64,000 nucleotides of DNA from Candidatus Krumholzibacteriia bacterium (GTDB lineage: Bacteria > Krumholzibacteriota > Krumholzibacteriia > LZORAL124-64-63): the NCBI GenBank assembly GCA_050174015.1, contig JBFXKG010000001.1, positions 192,001 to 256,000 of the forward strand, given 5' to 3'. Under the pieces are notes generated by a model that saw only the letters and a list, made by a program, of their open reading frames with translations, was not told the origin of the DNA and made no database searches. Numbering within the stretch: the first letter of the stretch is position 1; the number at the start of each line of letters is the position of its first letter. Below, piece after piece: positions 46,695-56,194 of the stretch. Both the position numbers and the translations under genes were made by a program.

Positions 46695-46721
46695 GCGCGG
46701 TCTCCAGGGAAAGGGAACGGA

Positions 46722-47192
46722 CTACTTGGGGCCGTACCCTTCACGGTACCGCAGGATCCTGGCCGGACATCCGGCCACGACGGCCCCGTCGGGCACGTCC
46801 TTCGTCACGACCGCGCCGGCGCCGACCACGGCGTTCCGGCCCACGCGCACCGGGAGGATGGTGCTGTTGCTGCCCAGGCTGGCGCCGTCCTCGATGACGG
46901 TCGGGAGCCACTTGTCACGGTCGGCCTGCGGAGGCATGGTGTCGTTGATGAACATCACGCCGTGGCCCACGAAGACGTCGCTGCCGATGGTCACCAGCTC
47001 GCAGATGAAGGTGTGGCTCTGGACGCGCGTGCGGTCCCCGATCTTGACCCCGGCCTGGATCTCCACGAAGGTGCCGACCATGCAGTCGCGCCCGATCTCG
47101 CATTCGTAGAGGTTGACGAAGTTCCAGACCCTGGTGCCTTCACCGATCCTGCAATCGCGGATGATCTGCTTGTCGTTGACCGGGTAACTCAT
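46722..47192 (-). CDS. Hexapeptide-repeat (LbH) N-acetyltransferase, WxcM/WbpD-like
   Basis: IG repeats, GHGVMFIND, VGAGAVVTKDVP...G.PAR. Confidence 0.88.
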   Translation of the reverse strand: MSYPVNDKQIIRDCRIGEGTRVWNFVNLYECEIGRDCMVGTFVEIQAGVKIGDRTRVQSHTFICELVTIGSDVFVGHGVMFINDTMPPQADRDKWLPTVIEDGASLGSNSTILPVRVGRNAVVGAGAVVTKDVPDGAVVAGCPARILRYREGYGPK

Positions 47193-47371
47193 GGACGATT
47201 CCTCACTGGATGGGGTTGGCTGGTGACGACTTTTGAAGATAATACACGGGAAGGGCGATGAGGAAGGGAAAGAGGGAGGGTTCCCATTTGGAGCCCCGGA
47301 GTATAGGATCCCTCCCGACGGAGAACCGGCAGGTCCCGGGCCCTTGGCCCGGACGGGGAGGAGCCCGACCC

Positions 47372-47950
47372 TTGAACCGCGACGACGAAACGATTGCGAT
47401 AGGCTGGAGCGACTTCGCCCTCTCCCGCCACACCCCTTCCGGCGCCCACGTCTGGTTCCGGGGAACTCCGGAAGAATTGGTGCGGTTGGTCCGCAGGAAC
47501 TGGTCCCGCCGCCGGCCCGGCGCCGGGCGCAGCGATCTCGACAAGGTCGTGATCGTGCCGGTGCCCCCCGAGGGCTTCGTCTCGGCGACCGTCAAGGTGG
47601 ACGAGGGGACGCGGCTGAAGGCGGAATTCACCCGCCGGCAGCCGCACGAGGATGGCTACGTTCGGGTTCTGGCCGAGGGGCCCCGGGAGGCGGTCGCCCA
47701 TGCGGGCGTGGTCCTCTATTCGCGGGACGTCCTCCTGGAGAACGGGGGGACCCGCAGCGGGGACGATGATTGGGAGATCGTCTGCCTCCTGGCCGGGCCG
47801 ATGGAGAACGAGCCGATGGATCCCCTGACCATGGCCCGCAACATGCTCGCCATGCCCGGAGGAACCCCGTGCGCCTACACTGCGGAGCAGTTCGCCGAGG
47901 CGGTGTGGTACTGGGCGGGTCGGGCGGCGGCGATGCCCGAGGATCGATGA
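47372..47950 (+). CDS. DUF3228-like protein
   Basis: VVLYSR..L.E, WEIV, EPM.P.TMARN.L..PGG, Y.....AV.YW motifs; start uncertain. Confidence 0.7.
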   Translation: MNRDDETIAIGWSDFALSRHTPSGAHVWFRGTPEELVRLVRRNWSRRRPGAGRSDLDKVVIVPVPPEGFVSATVKVDEGTRLKAEFTRRQPHEDGYVRVLAEGPREAVAHAGVVLYSRDVLLENGGTRSGDDDWEIVCLLAGPMENEPMDPLTMARNMLAMPGGTPCAYTAEQFAEAVWYWAGRAAAMPEDR

Positions 47951-48009
47951 CTCGTGGATGGGGCGGCCGGCCCCTCGAGGGGCCGGCCCGGGCGAGGTCC
48001 CAAGGCTTC

Positions 48010-48315
48010 CTATTCGTATTCCGCGTTGATGCTGGCTTCCCAGGCATCGATCTCGGCCTGGAGTTTCCGGTAGGCGGCCTGCTCCCGGAGTCCCCTCATC
48101 AGGTCCTTCATCTCCTCGTTCATGGTGCAGGAATCCGCAGCGGAATCTTCCTTCATGAGGGTGCAGCAGGAAGCGGGGGTTGCCGAGACCCCGGTCTGGT
48201 GGTGGCCCGGGGCCTGCACCGGGGTCGAAGCGGCGGGTGCCGGATCCTCACCAGCGGCCGCCAGGGCGGGAACGAGAATGAGCCCGGCGAGTAGTCCAAT
48301 GATCAGGGTCTTCAT
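48010..48315 (-). CDS. Small secreted hypothetical protein
   Basis: AAAGGA RBS, clear signal peptide MKTLIIGLLAGLILVPALAAA, helical C-terminus. Confidence 0.7.
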   Translation of the reverse strand: MKTLIIGLLAGLILVPALAAAGEDPAPAASTPVQAPGHHQTGVSATPASCCTLMKEDSAADSCTMNEEMKDLMRGLREQAAYRKLQAEIDAWEASINAEYE

Positions 48316-48522
48316 GACATCGTCCTTTCGTTGACTCCACTTCAGGACCGGCGTCCCGGGGAGATTCCAATAATGCCGTCACCCTGGTCACTGCAGGTCC
48401 CGTTCCATGAGTCAAGTCGATGATGGACAAGGCATTCCATTGCTCTCCGGAAAAGGCTGGACAATATTCTCCATGAATATTCTCACCCCATGTGGACTAT
48501 TCCCCAGGAAGGGGGCCGGGAT

Positions 48523-49644
48523 TCAGGAATCCCGGGCCAGCAGGACCGGATCCCGCAGGAGGTCGGCCGTCAGGCAGGAATGCACCGGCCAGACCAGGAC
48601 GGGATCCCCGATGCCCAGCTCGGCGTCGTCGGGGAAGGAGATCTCCGGGCCGAAGCGCACGATGCCGTGCTCCTGGGACAGGGCGACGATCTCGGCTCCG
48701 TCGACGATCTCCCCCATCCGACCGTCCGGGGCCAGGGTTCCCAGCCTGCCGAAGACCGTCCCGCCCCCCCGACCAGGGAGGGATTCCTTCGACAGGTGGA
48801 CGGCCCCGCCGTGGATGACGATCTCCCGCCGGTCGGGATAACGGCCCACGACCGGGCAGGCCGCGGCGGCCGCCAGGTTCCCCGGACCGCAGGAACCGAT
48901 CGCCAGCTGCATCAGGTCGTAGTAGATGAAGTTGCCGGGGCGGATCTCGTCGACGCCGCGCAGGTCCTCGACGATGCTGCAGGTGGGGGTGTCCCCGACC
49001 GAGAGCAGCAACCGGGGATCCTGCAGGGAACCCCGGGCGGCCTCGAGGCGTTCCCGCGTCCCGGTCCAGACGGCCCGAAGGTCGGCGGCGGAGCGGGCGC
49101 GGTAGCTGTGGCCGGCGTGTGTCAGCAGCCCCACCGGTCCCGCGGGCAAGGCCGCCGCCACCGCGCGCAGCCCGCCGGCGTCGTTCCAGGGCACGCCGGT
49201 GCGGCCGAACCCGGTGTCGATCTTGAGCCAGGCCGCAACAGGCAGGCCGGGGATCGCGGCCAGGGCCCGGGCGGCCTCGACCGCATCGACGGTGACGCCC
49301 AGCCGGCCCCCCTTGCCTGCCAGATGCCGGGCCAGCCTTGCGATGGCCGGCAGCTCTCCGGGATTGAGCAGGAAGGCCAGGGTGATGTCGCGCCAGCCGA
49401 GGTCCGCGAACCGCTCGGCCATCGCGACCGAGGAGACGGTGATGCGGTCGATCCCCGCTGCGGCGAACCAGCGGGCGATCCCGGGCGACTGGTGGGTCTT
49501 GAAATGGGGGCGGAACCCGACCCCGGACCGCAGGGCCCTGGCCTGCATGCGGGACAGGTTGGCGCGGGCGCGGCCCTCGTCGACCAGCAGAGTGGGGCGG
49601 ACGACGCCCAGCCCCCTGAGGATGTCGCTGGTGGTGCGGAACAT
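48523..49644 (-). CDS. PLP fold-III enzyme (D-serine dehydratase / D-threonine aldolase family)
   Basis: RPHFKTH, IDTG..RTG, HAGHSY, GDTP, EIRPGN..YYD, SQEHG, HSC. Confidence 0.88.
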   Translation of the reverse strand: MFRTTSDILRGLGVVRPTLLVDEGRARANLSRMQARALRSGVGFRPHFKTHQSPGIARWFAAAGIDRITVSSVAMAERFADLGWRDITLAFLLNPGELPAIARLARHLAGKGGRLGVTVDAVEAARALAAIPGLPVAAWLKIDTGFGRTGVPWNDAGGLRAVAAALPAGPVGLLTHAGHSYRARSAADLRAVWTGTRERLEAARGSLQDPRLLLSVGDTPTCSIVEDLRGVDEIRPGNFIYYDLMQLAIGSCGPGNLAAAAACPVVGRYPDRREIVIHGGAVHLSKESLPGRGGGTVFGRLGTLAPDGRMGEIVDGAEIVALSQEHGIVRFGPEISFPDDAELGIGDPVLVWPVHSCLTADLLRDPVLLARDS

Positions 49645-49739
49645 GGGGCGAATCTAGCAAAGCCGGACCGCCATGTCATCCGGGTTGCAATTTCCGCATC
49701 CTTGGAGGACGATGGCCGGAACCTGGAGCGAGGTGGCCC

Positions 49740-50123
49740 ATGAAATGTCCGGCGTGCCGCGTGCCCATGTACGTGGTGGAATTCAAGCAGGTCGAACTGG
49801 ACCTGTGCCCCGATTGCGGAGGCGTGTGGTTCGACCGGGGGGAACTGTCCCTGTTGCTGGGGGTCGACCGACCCCTGGAAACGGAGCCGGCCGCCGTGGA
49901 TGAGGACCCCCGGCCCTGCCCCCTTTGCGACAAGACCATGGACAAGCTGAATATCGGGCCTTCCCTGCGGGTACTGGTGGACCGGTGTCCCGATTGCGGC
50001 ATGTGGTTCGACCGGAGCGAGGTGGAGGACCTCGGCCGGGACCTGCGGGACAACGAGGTCGGGATCGATCCCGCCCTGGCGGAATTCCTGAACGGCGTGT
50101 TTCCGGTGAAAGGGGACCGATGA
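49740..50123 (+). CDS. Tandem zinc-ribbon (zf-TFIIB) protein
   Basis: CPAC..D.CP.C.G.WFD.GE unit present twice. Confidence 0.85.
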   Translation: MKCPACRVPMYVVEFKQVELDLCPDCGGVWFDRGELSLLLGVDRPLETEPAAVDEDPRPCPLCDKTMDKLNIGPSLRVLVDRCPDCGMWFDRSEVEDLGRDLRDNEVGIDPALAEFLNGVFPVKGDR

Positions 50124-50680
50124 TGATTCCTCTGCTGATCGTACTGGGTCTGATCGGGCTGCTGGCGATGTGGGGGGTGGGCATCTACAACAGCCTGGTC
50201 GGCCTGCGCAACCGGGTCAAGGAGGCCTGGGCCCAGGTGGACGTGCAGCTCAAGCGGCGGTTCGACCTGATCCCCAACCTGATGGAGACCGTCAAGGGGT
50301 ACATGACCCACGAGCGGGAGACCCTCGAGGCCGTCACCCGGGCCCGGGCCGCCGTGGGCGGGGCGGGCAGCATCCCCGAACGGATCCAGGCCGAGGGCGG
50401 CCTGACCGCGGCCCTGGGCAGGCTGTTCGCCGTCTCCGAATCCTATCCCGACCTGAAGGCCAGCCAGAACTTCATGGCCCTCCAGGAGGAGCTGACCAGC
50501 ACGGAGAACAAGATCGGCTTCGCGCGCCAGTTCTACAACGAGACCGTCATGAACATGAACAACAAGGTGCAGATGTTCCCCGGCAACATCGTCGCCGGCA
50601 TGTTCAACTTCAAGAACGAGGCGTTCTTCGAGGTCACCGAGGAGACCCAGCGCGAGGCGCCCAAGGTCAAGTTCGACTAG
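50120..50680 (+). CDS. lemA: LemA family protein
   Basis: YN.LV..RN....AW..VDVQLKRR.DLIPNL, E.YPDLKA..NF..LQEEL..TENKI. Confidence 0.95.
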   Translation: MMIPLLIVLGLIGLLAMWGVGIYNSLVGLRNRVKEAWAQVDVQLKRRFDLIPNLMETVKGYMTHERETLEAVTRARAAVGGAGSIPERIQAEGGLTAALGRLFAVSESYPDLKASQNFMALQEELTSTENKIGFARQFYNETVMNMNNKVQMFPGNIVAGMFNFKNEAFFEVTEETQREAPKVKFD

Positions 50681-50709
50681 ACGCGACGGACGGGGGACGG
50701 TAAGGCGAC

Positions 50710-51912
50710 ATGTGGGAGCAGATCGCGGCCAACCGCCGCAATTCCTTCCTGCTGGTCGTGGGCGCGGCCCTGCTGCTCATGGCCCTGGGCTGGTTCCTGG
50801 GCGAGTATTTCGGCGGCCGCGGCTTCGGCCCGTTCGGCCTGGGGATCGCGGCGGTCGTCTGGGTCGTGATGACCTTGTTCGCCTATTACCAGGGCGACCA
50901 GGTGATGCTTTCGATCGCCGGCGCCAAGAAGGTGGACAAGGCCGACCTGCCCATCCTCTTCAACGTGGTCGAGGAGATGACCCTGGCTGCGGGGCTGCCC
51001 CGCATGCCTGCGGTCTACGTGATCGACGATCCGGCGCCCAACGCCTTCGCCGCCGGGCGCAGGCCCGAGAACGCCGCCGTCGCGGTGACCAGCGGGCTGC
51101 TCCGGCAGCTCAACCGCGACGAGCTCCAGGGGGTCGTCGCCCACGAGATGGCCCACGTCCGCAACCGGGACATCCAGCTGATGCTGTTCGCGGGGGTGCT
51201 GGCCGGTGCCATCGTGATCCTGGCCGAGGTGGGTCTGCGCGGGATGTGGTTCGGGGGCGGGCGCAGCCGCTCGCGCCGCAGCAGCGGGGGGCAGGACGGT
51301 TCGGCCATCGTCGCGATCCTCGCCATCGCCCTGATGATCCTGGCGCCCATCCTCGCCCAGCTGATCTACTTCGCGGTGTCCCGCAAGCGGGAATACCTCG
51401 CCGACGCCTCCGCGGCGACCTTCACGCGGTATCCCGAGGGCTTGGCCTCGGCCCTGGAAAAGATCGCCCGGGCTCCGCAGCAGCTGGGCGGCGTCACCCA
51501 GGCGACCGCGCCCATGTACATCATCAACCCCCTCAAGCGCGCCGGCAAGGCCGCGGCCAACGCCACCTCCACCCATCCTCCCATCGACGAGCGCATCCGG
51601 ATCCTCCGCAGCATGGCTGGGGCCGGGTTCGCCGCCTACGAGGAGAGCTACCGGCAGGCCACCGGCAAGCGGGGGGTCCTGCCCGGTTCGGCCCTGAAGG
51701 AGGACGAGGCGCGGGCCCCCCGGTCGGGCGAGCCCGAGACGCCCGACGCCTCCCGGCGCACCATCGCCCGCCAGGTCGACGACTTCTTCTACCGCCAGGG
51801 AGGGTACCGCCGGATCGAGTGCGGGTGCGGGACCGTCCTGAAGATCCCTCCCGACTTCCGGGCCCCGCGCGCCGGCTGTCCCCGCTGCGGAGCGGTCCAC
51901 GAGCTGGGCTGA
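50710..51912 (+). CDS. htpX: HtpX-like M48 zinc metalloprotease with C-terminal zinc ribbon
   Basis: PNAFA.G, HEMAH, SRKREYLADA, THPP...RI; tail CGCG..CPRC. Confidence 0.9.
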   Translation: MWEQIAANRRNSFLLVVGAALLLMALGWFLGEYFGGRGFGPFGLGIAAVVWVVMTLFAYYQGDQVMLSIAGAKKVDKADLPILFNVVEEMTLAAGLPRMPAVYVIDDPAPNAFAAGRRPENAAVAVTSGLLRQLNRDELQGVVAHEMAHVRNRDIQLMLFAGVLAGAIVILAEVGLRGMWFGGGRSRSRRSSGGQDGSAIVAILAIALMILAPILAQLIYFAVSRKREYLADASAATFTRYPEGLASALEKIARAPQQLGGVTQATAPMYIINPLKRAGKAAANATSTHPPIDERIRILRSMAGAGFAAYEESYRQATGKRGVLPGSALKEDEARAPRSGEPETPDASRRTIARQVDDFFYRQGGYRRIECGCGTVLKIPPDFRAPRAGCPRCGAVHELG

Positions 51913-52068
51913 TCGCCGGAACCCTTCCGGTTCGCAGGGGAGCGGACGTTTCCGGTTCGGCCGAACGCCCCGAAAAAAAAACTTCAATTTTTCCTTTGGT
52001 TCCTCCTCCGGGTGCCGATAACCCGAAAGCTATTCACACCTGAGCTTCGGGCAGAGGAGGAATTTGAC

Positions 52069-53409
52069 ATGACTCGTGGTAAGAAATCCAGTCTGCTGGG
52101 GATTCTGATCCCTATGGCGGTCCTCACGCTGGGTTTGGCGCTCGTGGGCTGCAGCGATGACGAGAATCCCGTCACGCCGCAGACCGGCACCATCTCCGTG
52201 AACGTGACGCCTGATGGGATCGGGGCCTCCTGGACCCTGACCAGCGCGGACAAGCTCGTCGCGTCCGCCTGGGGCGACTCCACCATGGCCGGCCTGGCTC
52301 CCGGCCAGTACACCCTGACCTGGAATACGGTCGCCAGCTGGGTGTCCCCGTCTCCGGCCGCCGACACCAGGACCCTGGTCGCCGGGCAGACCCTGTCCTT
52401 CACGGGCACTTACCTGCAGGCTCCGGGATCCGTCGGCATCGACGTGAGTCCCGACGGCATCGGGATCCCCTGGGTCCTGACCAAGCCCGACGGCACCACG
52501 GTCGAGGGCTCCGAGGACACGGTCCTGGGCGACATGCCCGCCGGCCTGTACTCCCTGGTCTGGGGTTCGGTGGACTACTACCGGACGCCGGTCAGCGAGC
52601 AGCTCGAACTGGACGGCGCGGGCAGCGTCACCTTCACCTGCACCTACGAACTGGACGCCCCCGCCGAGGGCTTCACCCTGGTGCCTTCCGGCACCTTCGT
52701 CATGGGCAGCTCCCAGGACGAGCCGGGCCGCGACAGCGACGAGAGCCTGCACCCGGTCACCATCAGCCAGGGATTCTGGATGAGCCAGTTCGAGGTCACC
52801 GAGTCCTGGTGGGACGCGGTGATGGGATCCGGCGTCGAAACGTCCAAGAAGCCCAAGGCTGGGGTCACCTGGGACCAGGCCGTCGAGTTCTGCAACACCC
52901 TGTCGGTCGCCGAGGGCCTGACTCCGGCCTACACGATCAACGGGACCAACGGCAACGTGGCCTTCAACCCCGCGGCCGACGGCTACCGCCTGCCGACGGA
53001 GGCCGAGTGGGAGTACGCCTGCCGCGCGGGTTCCTCCACCGCCTACTTCAACGGCGACATGACGGGCCTGTTCTGCGTCTACGACTCCTACCTGTACGAG
53101 GCCGGCTGGTACTGCGGCAACGAAAAGGGCGGGACCGAAGAGGTGGGCCAGAAGGCCGCCAACCCCTTCGGCCTGTACGACATGCACGGGAACGTCTGGG
53201 AATGGGTCAACGACGCCTACGTGGCGGCCTATGAGACCCTCCCGGGCACCGACCCCTACGTGGCCGGTTCGACCGGCGAGTACCGCGTCGTCCGCGGCGG
53301 CGGTTACGGCAGCGGAACGCAGTTCTGCCGCTCGGCCGCACGCAGCAGCGCGCCCCCGACCATGGGCCACGCCCAGTACGGGTTCCGCGTGGTCAAAAAC
53401 CTCGACTGA
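52069..53409 (+). CDS. FGE-sulfatase (SUMF1) domain lipoprotein with two Ig/PEGA-like repeats
   Basis: LVGC lipobox; F.MGS, YRLPTEAEWEYACRAG, NPFGLYDMHGNVWEW, RGG, GFR. Confidence 0.9.
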   Translation: MTRGKKSSLLGILIPMAVLTLGLALVGCSDDENPVTPQTGTISVNVTPDGIGASWTLTSADKLVASAWGDSTMAGLAPGQYTLTWNTVASWVSPSPAADTRTLVAGQTLSFTGTYLQAPGSVGIDVSPDGIGIPWVLTKPDGTTVEGSEDTVLGDMPAGLYSLVWGSVDYYRTPVSEQLELDGAGSVTFTCTYELDAPAEGFTLVPSGTFVMGSSQDEPGRDSDESLHPVTISQGFWMSQFEVTESWWDAVMGSGVETSKKPKAGVTWDQAVEFCNTLSVAEGLTPAYTINGTNGNVAFNPAADGYRLPTEAEWEYACRAGSSTAYFNGDMTGLFCVYDSYLYEAGWYCGNEKGGTEEVGQKAANPFGLYDMHGNVWEWVNDAYVAAYETLPGTDPYVAGSTGEYRVVRGGGYGSGTQFCRSAARSSAPPTMGHAQYGFRVVKNLD

Positions 53410-53442
53410 CGTCCCCCCGGGGACGTCCGCCAGGGCTCAGGC

Positions 53443-53475
53443 AAGGCGACCGGGAGACCGGTCGCCTTCCTTTTT
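53443..53475. terminator. Intrinsic terminator between convergent genes
   Basis: AAGGCGACCGG-GAGA-CCGGTCGCCTT followed by a T run. Confidence 0.7.
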
Positions 53476-53493
53476 CCGGGACTCCACGGAGGC

Positions 53494-55014
53494 TCAGTCC
53501 TCCTGCGGTTCCCGGCCTCCCACCAGTCTCACCGCCCGGATCAGGGCGCTGGCCTTGTCCAGCGTCTCCCGGTACTCCGCGGCCGGATCCGAATCGGCCG
53601 TCACCGCTCCTCCGACCCCGAAGTAGGCCCGGCCGCCGGTGCAGACGGCGGTGCGGATCACCATGGCCAGGTCCAGGCCGCCGCTCCGGTCCAGGAAACC
53701 CAGGGCTCCGGCGTAGAGGCCCCGGGCCACGGGCTCCAGCTCGGAGATCACCTTCATGGCCTCGATCTTGGGGGCGCCGGTCATCGATCCGCCGGGAAAA
53801 CAGGCCCGGACCAGGTCCAGGGCGTCGCGGTCGGGCCGCAGCCGGCCCCTCACCGTGGAGACCAGCTGGTGGACGGTGGGATAGGACTCCACGACGCAGA
53901 GCTCGGGAACCCTGACGCTCCCGGTCGTGCAGACCCTGCCCAGGTCGTTGCGCGCCAGGTCGACGATCATCACGTTCTCGGCGCGGTCCTTGGGACTGGC
54001 GGCCAGCCGCCGGCGAAGCCGCCGGTCCTCGAGGGCCGTCCTTCCCCGGGGCGCGGTCCCCTTGATGGGGCGGGTCTCGGCGATTCCGTTCTCGTCCAGC
54101 TTCAGGAACCTCTCCGGCGAGGCGCTGACGACCTCCAGGTCCCCGCAACGGAAGTAGGCGGCGAAGGGCGCGGGATTGTTGGATCGCAGAACCCGGTAGA
54201 GATCCCAGCCCGTTCCCTTCAGGGCCATGTCAAGACGCTGGGTCAGGCAGACCTCGAAGATCCGTCCGGCCAGGATGGCCTGCCGGCAACGCGCGACGGC
54301 GTCCGCGTACTGGTGCGGGGACATCTGGGCGTGGACGTCTCCGCCGAGTTCGCCGTCCGCCCCCTCGAGGCGGACCGGCGGGCGCAACGGCCCCTTCCCC
54401 GCACAGCCGACCTCCATGGCGTCCAGGGCGTCCTGCGCAGTCCGTCGGGCCTCAGCCGGGCCGGTTCCCCTGCCGGTCGCCCACAGGGTCGCCCTCCCGG
54501 TTTGGCGGTCCACGGCGAGGATCCGGTCGGCCACCATGACGATCAGGTCGGGCAGGTCCAGGTCGTCCGGCGGCCCGGGCCGGAGGTCTTCCACCGCGTG
54601 CGCCAGGCCGTAACCGAAGCATCCGACCAGGCCGCCGGTGAAGGGGGGGCGGTCTCCGGGAAGAGCCGGGGGATCAACACCGTAGGCGGACTGGAGGTCG
54701 CGGAGGGCTTCCAGAGGGTCGCCCAGCCAGCTCCGGACGGGGGAACCTGACGGGTTCCGGCCCAGCGGGTCCCGCAGGGTCCTGAGGTTCAGCCGGAAGT
54801 CGCCTGCCGTCCGGCGGGCCGTCAGGATCGCCGCCGGATCGCTGCCCGCGAAGGTCCACCGGCCGGGGAAGGGACGGTCGCCGGGGGACCCGCAGGAGGG
54901 CGCGCTCTCGAGGAGGAAGCAGGCCGACGATGGCCCGGTCGCCGAGTCGGCCCAGCGGTCTCCGGGGTCGGGGACTCCGGGGGGCAACGTTCTGGTCAGC
55001 GTCACCGTGGCCAA
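53494..55014 (-). CDS. pabB: Aminodeoxychorismate synthase component I (chorismate-binding)
   Basis: LLES, SASPERF, TRPIKGT (PabB-type), AENVMIVDLARND, FPGGSMTGAPK. Confidence 0.85.
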   Translation of the reverse strand: MATVTLTRTLPPGVPDPGDRWADSATGPSSACFLLESAPSCGSPGDRPFPGRWTFAGSDPAAILTARRTAGDFRLNLRTLRDPLGRNPSGSPVRSWLGDPLEALRDLQSAYGVDPPALPGDRPPFTGGLVGCFGYGLAHAVEDLRPGPPDDLDLPDLIVMVADRILAVDRQTGRATLWATGRGTGPAEARRTAQDALDAMEVGCAGKGPLRPPVRLEGADGELGGDVHAQMSPHQYADAVARCRQAILAGRIFEVCLTQRLDMALKGTGWDLYRVLRSNNPAPFAAYFRCGDLEVVSASPERFLKLDENGIAETRPIKGTAPRGRTALEDRRLRRRLAASPKDRAENVMIVDLARNDLGRVCTTGSVRVPELCVVESYPTVHQLVSTVRGRLRPDRDALDLVRACFPGGSMTGAPKIEAMKVISELEPVARGLYAGALGFLDRSGGLDLAMVIRTAVCTGGRAYFGVGGAVTADSDPAAEYRETLDKASALIRAVRLVGGREPQED

Positions 55015-55235
55015 TGGAAACCGCTTTCGCCTGGGATCGACGACCGGTCTTGATGGCCGCGAGTCCCGTTTTTCCCGGAGAATTCCCCAGCGGTCCGAGT
55101 AGGGCTGGAAATGGAGACCGCTCTGGAGTAGGCTGGGAGCGATTGTCCTACCCGAAGCCTATCGGATGCAACCCGAGATGACGTCCACCATGATCTTCGA
55201 CCCGCATCGCTCCTGGTTCCACCTTCCGGCCCTGG

Positions 55236-56000
55236 TCATGCTGGCGGCGGCGGATTGATCCGTTCCCCGCACCTGCGGAGCATGTCCGCCAGCCTGGGCC
55301 CCAGTTTCCGGGTGTGGGTTCCCTCCCAGTAGAGCTTTCCGCAGCCGGTGCACCGGCGATATTCGTCCAGCCAGGCAGAGGTCAGCGGCGGAATGCGGTC
55401 GGCGACATCGGACTTGGCCACCGGAACGATCTCCCCGTTGCAGTGGCTGCAACGGCCGAACAGCTTCGCCCTGCCGGCCAGCCCGAACCGGAGGATGACG
55501 GCCTCCGCCTGGAGGAACGGGTCGTCCTCGCGAATCAGCATTGCGCGATCCAGGGTCCTGCGCTTGAGCAGGGCCCGATGGCCCGAAAGCACCGTTCGTT
55601 TCCCGACCAGACAGCGCCGGGCAACCTCCGCTTCGGTCCAGTCGGGATCATGGAGCGTGTCGAACCCCAGCATCCGCAGCAACCGGGCAAGCCGGCCCAG
55701 GTGACGGTCGCAGAGGAAGCGGGGATCCTGGAGGGCGAAGGGTGTGACCGGGTTGACGACCGCCCGGCAGCCGTCTCCGACCGGACGGTCGAGGCCGTCC
55801 AGGTCGCCGATCACCGAGCCCACCTCGCAGTGGGGCACGCCCAGCGACTCGACCACGTCCTTGAGGGTGGCCGTCCCGGCCAGGTCGGCCTCCACCCTCA
55901 GGCGATCACCCGCAGGTGAAGGCGCCGTCGGCCAGGGGCGGCGTCCGGTCCGGACCAGCGGGACCAGATCGCCCATGAAAACGATCTCCATCTTCAACAT
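55236..56000 (-). CDS. Mut7-C RNase domain protein (ubiquitin-like, PIN, zinc ribbon)
   Basis: KD.VESLGVPHCEV, FLCD.HLGRLARLLR.LGFD, RC..CNG, C..C.K.YWEGTH. Confidence 0.9.
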   Translation of the reverse strand: MLKMEIVFMGDLVPLVRTGRRPWPTAPSPAGDRLRVEADLAGTATLKDVVESLGVPHCEVGSVIGDLDGLDRPVGDGCRAVVNPVTPFALQDPRFLCDRHLGRLARLLRMLGFDTLHDPDWTEAEVARRCLVGKRTVLSGHRALLKRRTLDRAMLIREDDPFLQAEAVILRFGLAGRAKLFGRCSHCNGEIVPVAKSDVADRIPPLTSAWLDEYRRCTGCGKLYWEGTHTRKLGPRLADMLRRCGERINPPPPA

Positions 56001-56033
56001 GGCCGGATTCTAACACAAAACCGGGCATTGTCG

Positions 56034-56063
56034 TTGACACCGGACTCCGCCAGGGGCTAGTTT
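56034..56063 (+). promoter_or_regulatory. Putative sigma70 promoter of the TBDR/PorV operon
   Basis: TTGACA-N18-TAGTTT. Confidence 0.45.
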
Positions 56064-56194
56064 TCCCTCCACCAAAACCGCTGACCGGGCTCCCCCGGGG
56101 GTCCGGTTCCGTTTCCCCGACCGCGGCTGCGGCGCCGTCCCCCACCTGCGCCGCCAATCCGGTCACTGGTTCGTCCCGCCTGCGGAGATTTGCG

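Noticed and set aside
46695..46721. Cobalamin riboswitch for the BtuB-sized TonB receptor
   Set aside because: The intergenic space is under 30 nt
53100..53409. DGR variable region in the FGE/CLec C-terminus
   Set aside because: No template repeat or reverse transcriptase seen in the window
55180..55238. ZTP or THF riboswitch before pabB
   Set aside because: Only superficial similarity; the required 3' GCCTGGGC pseudoknot element is not on the coding strand
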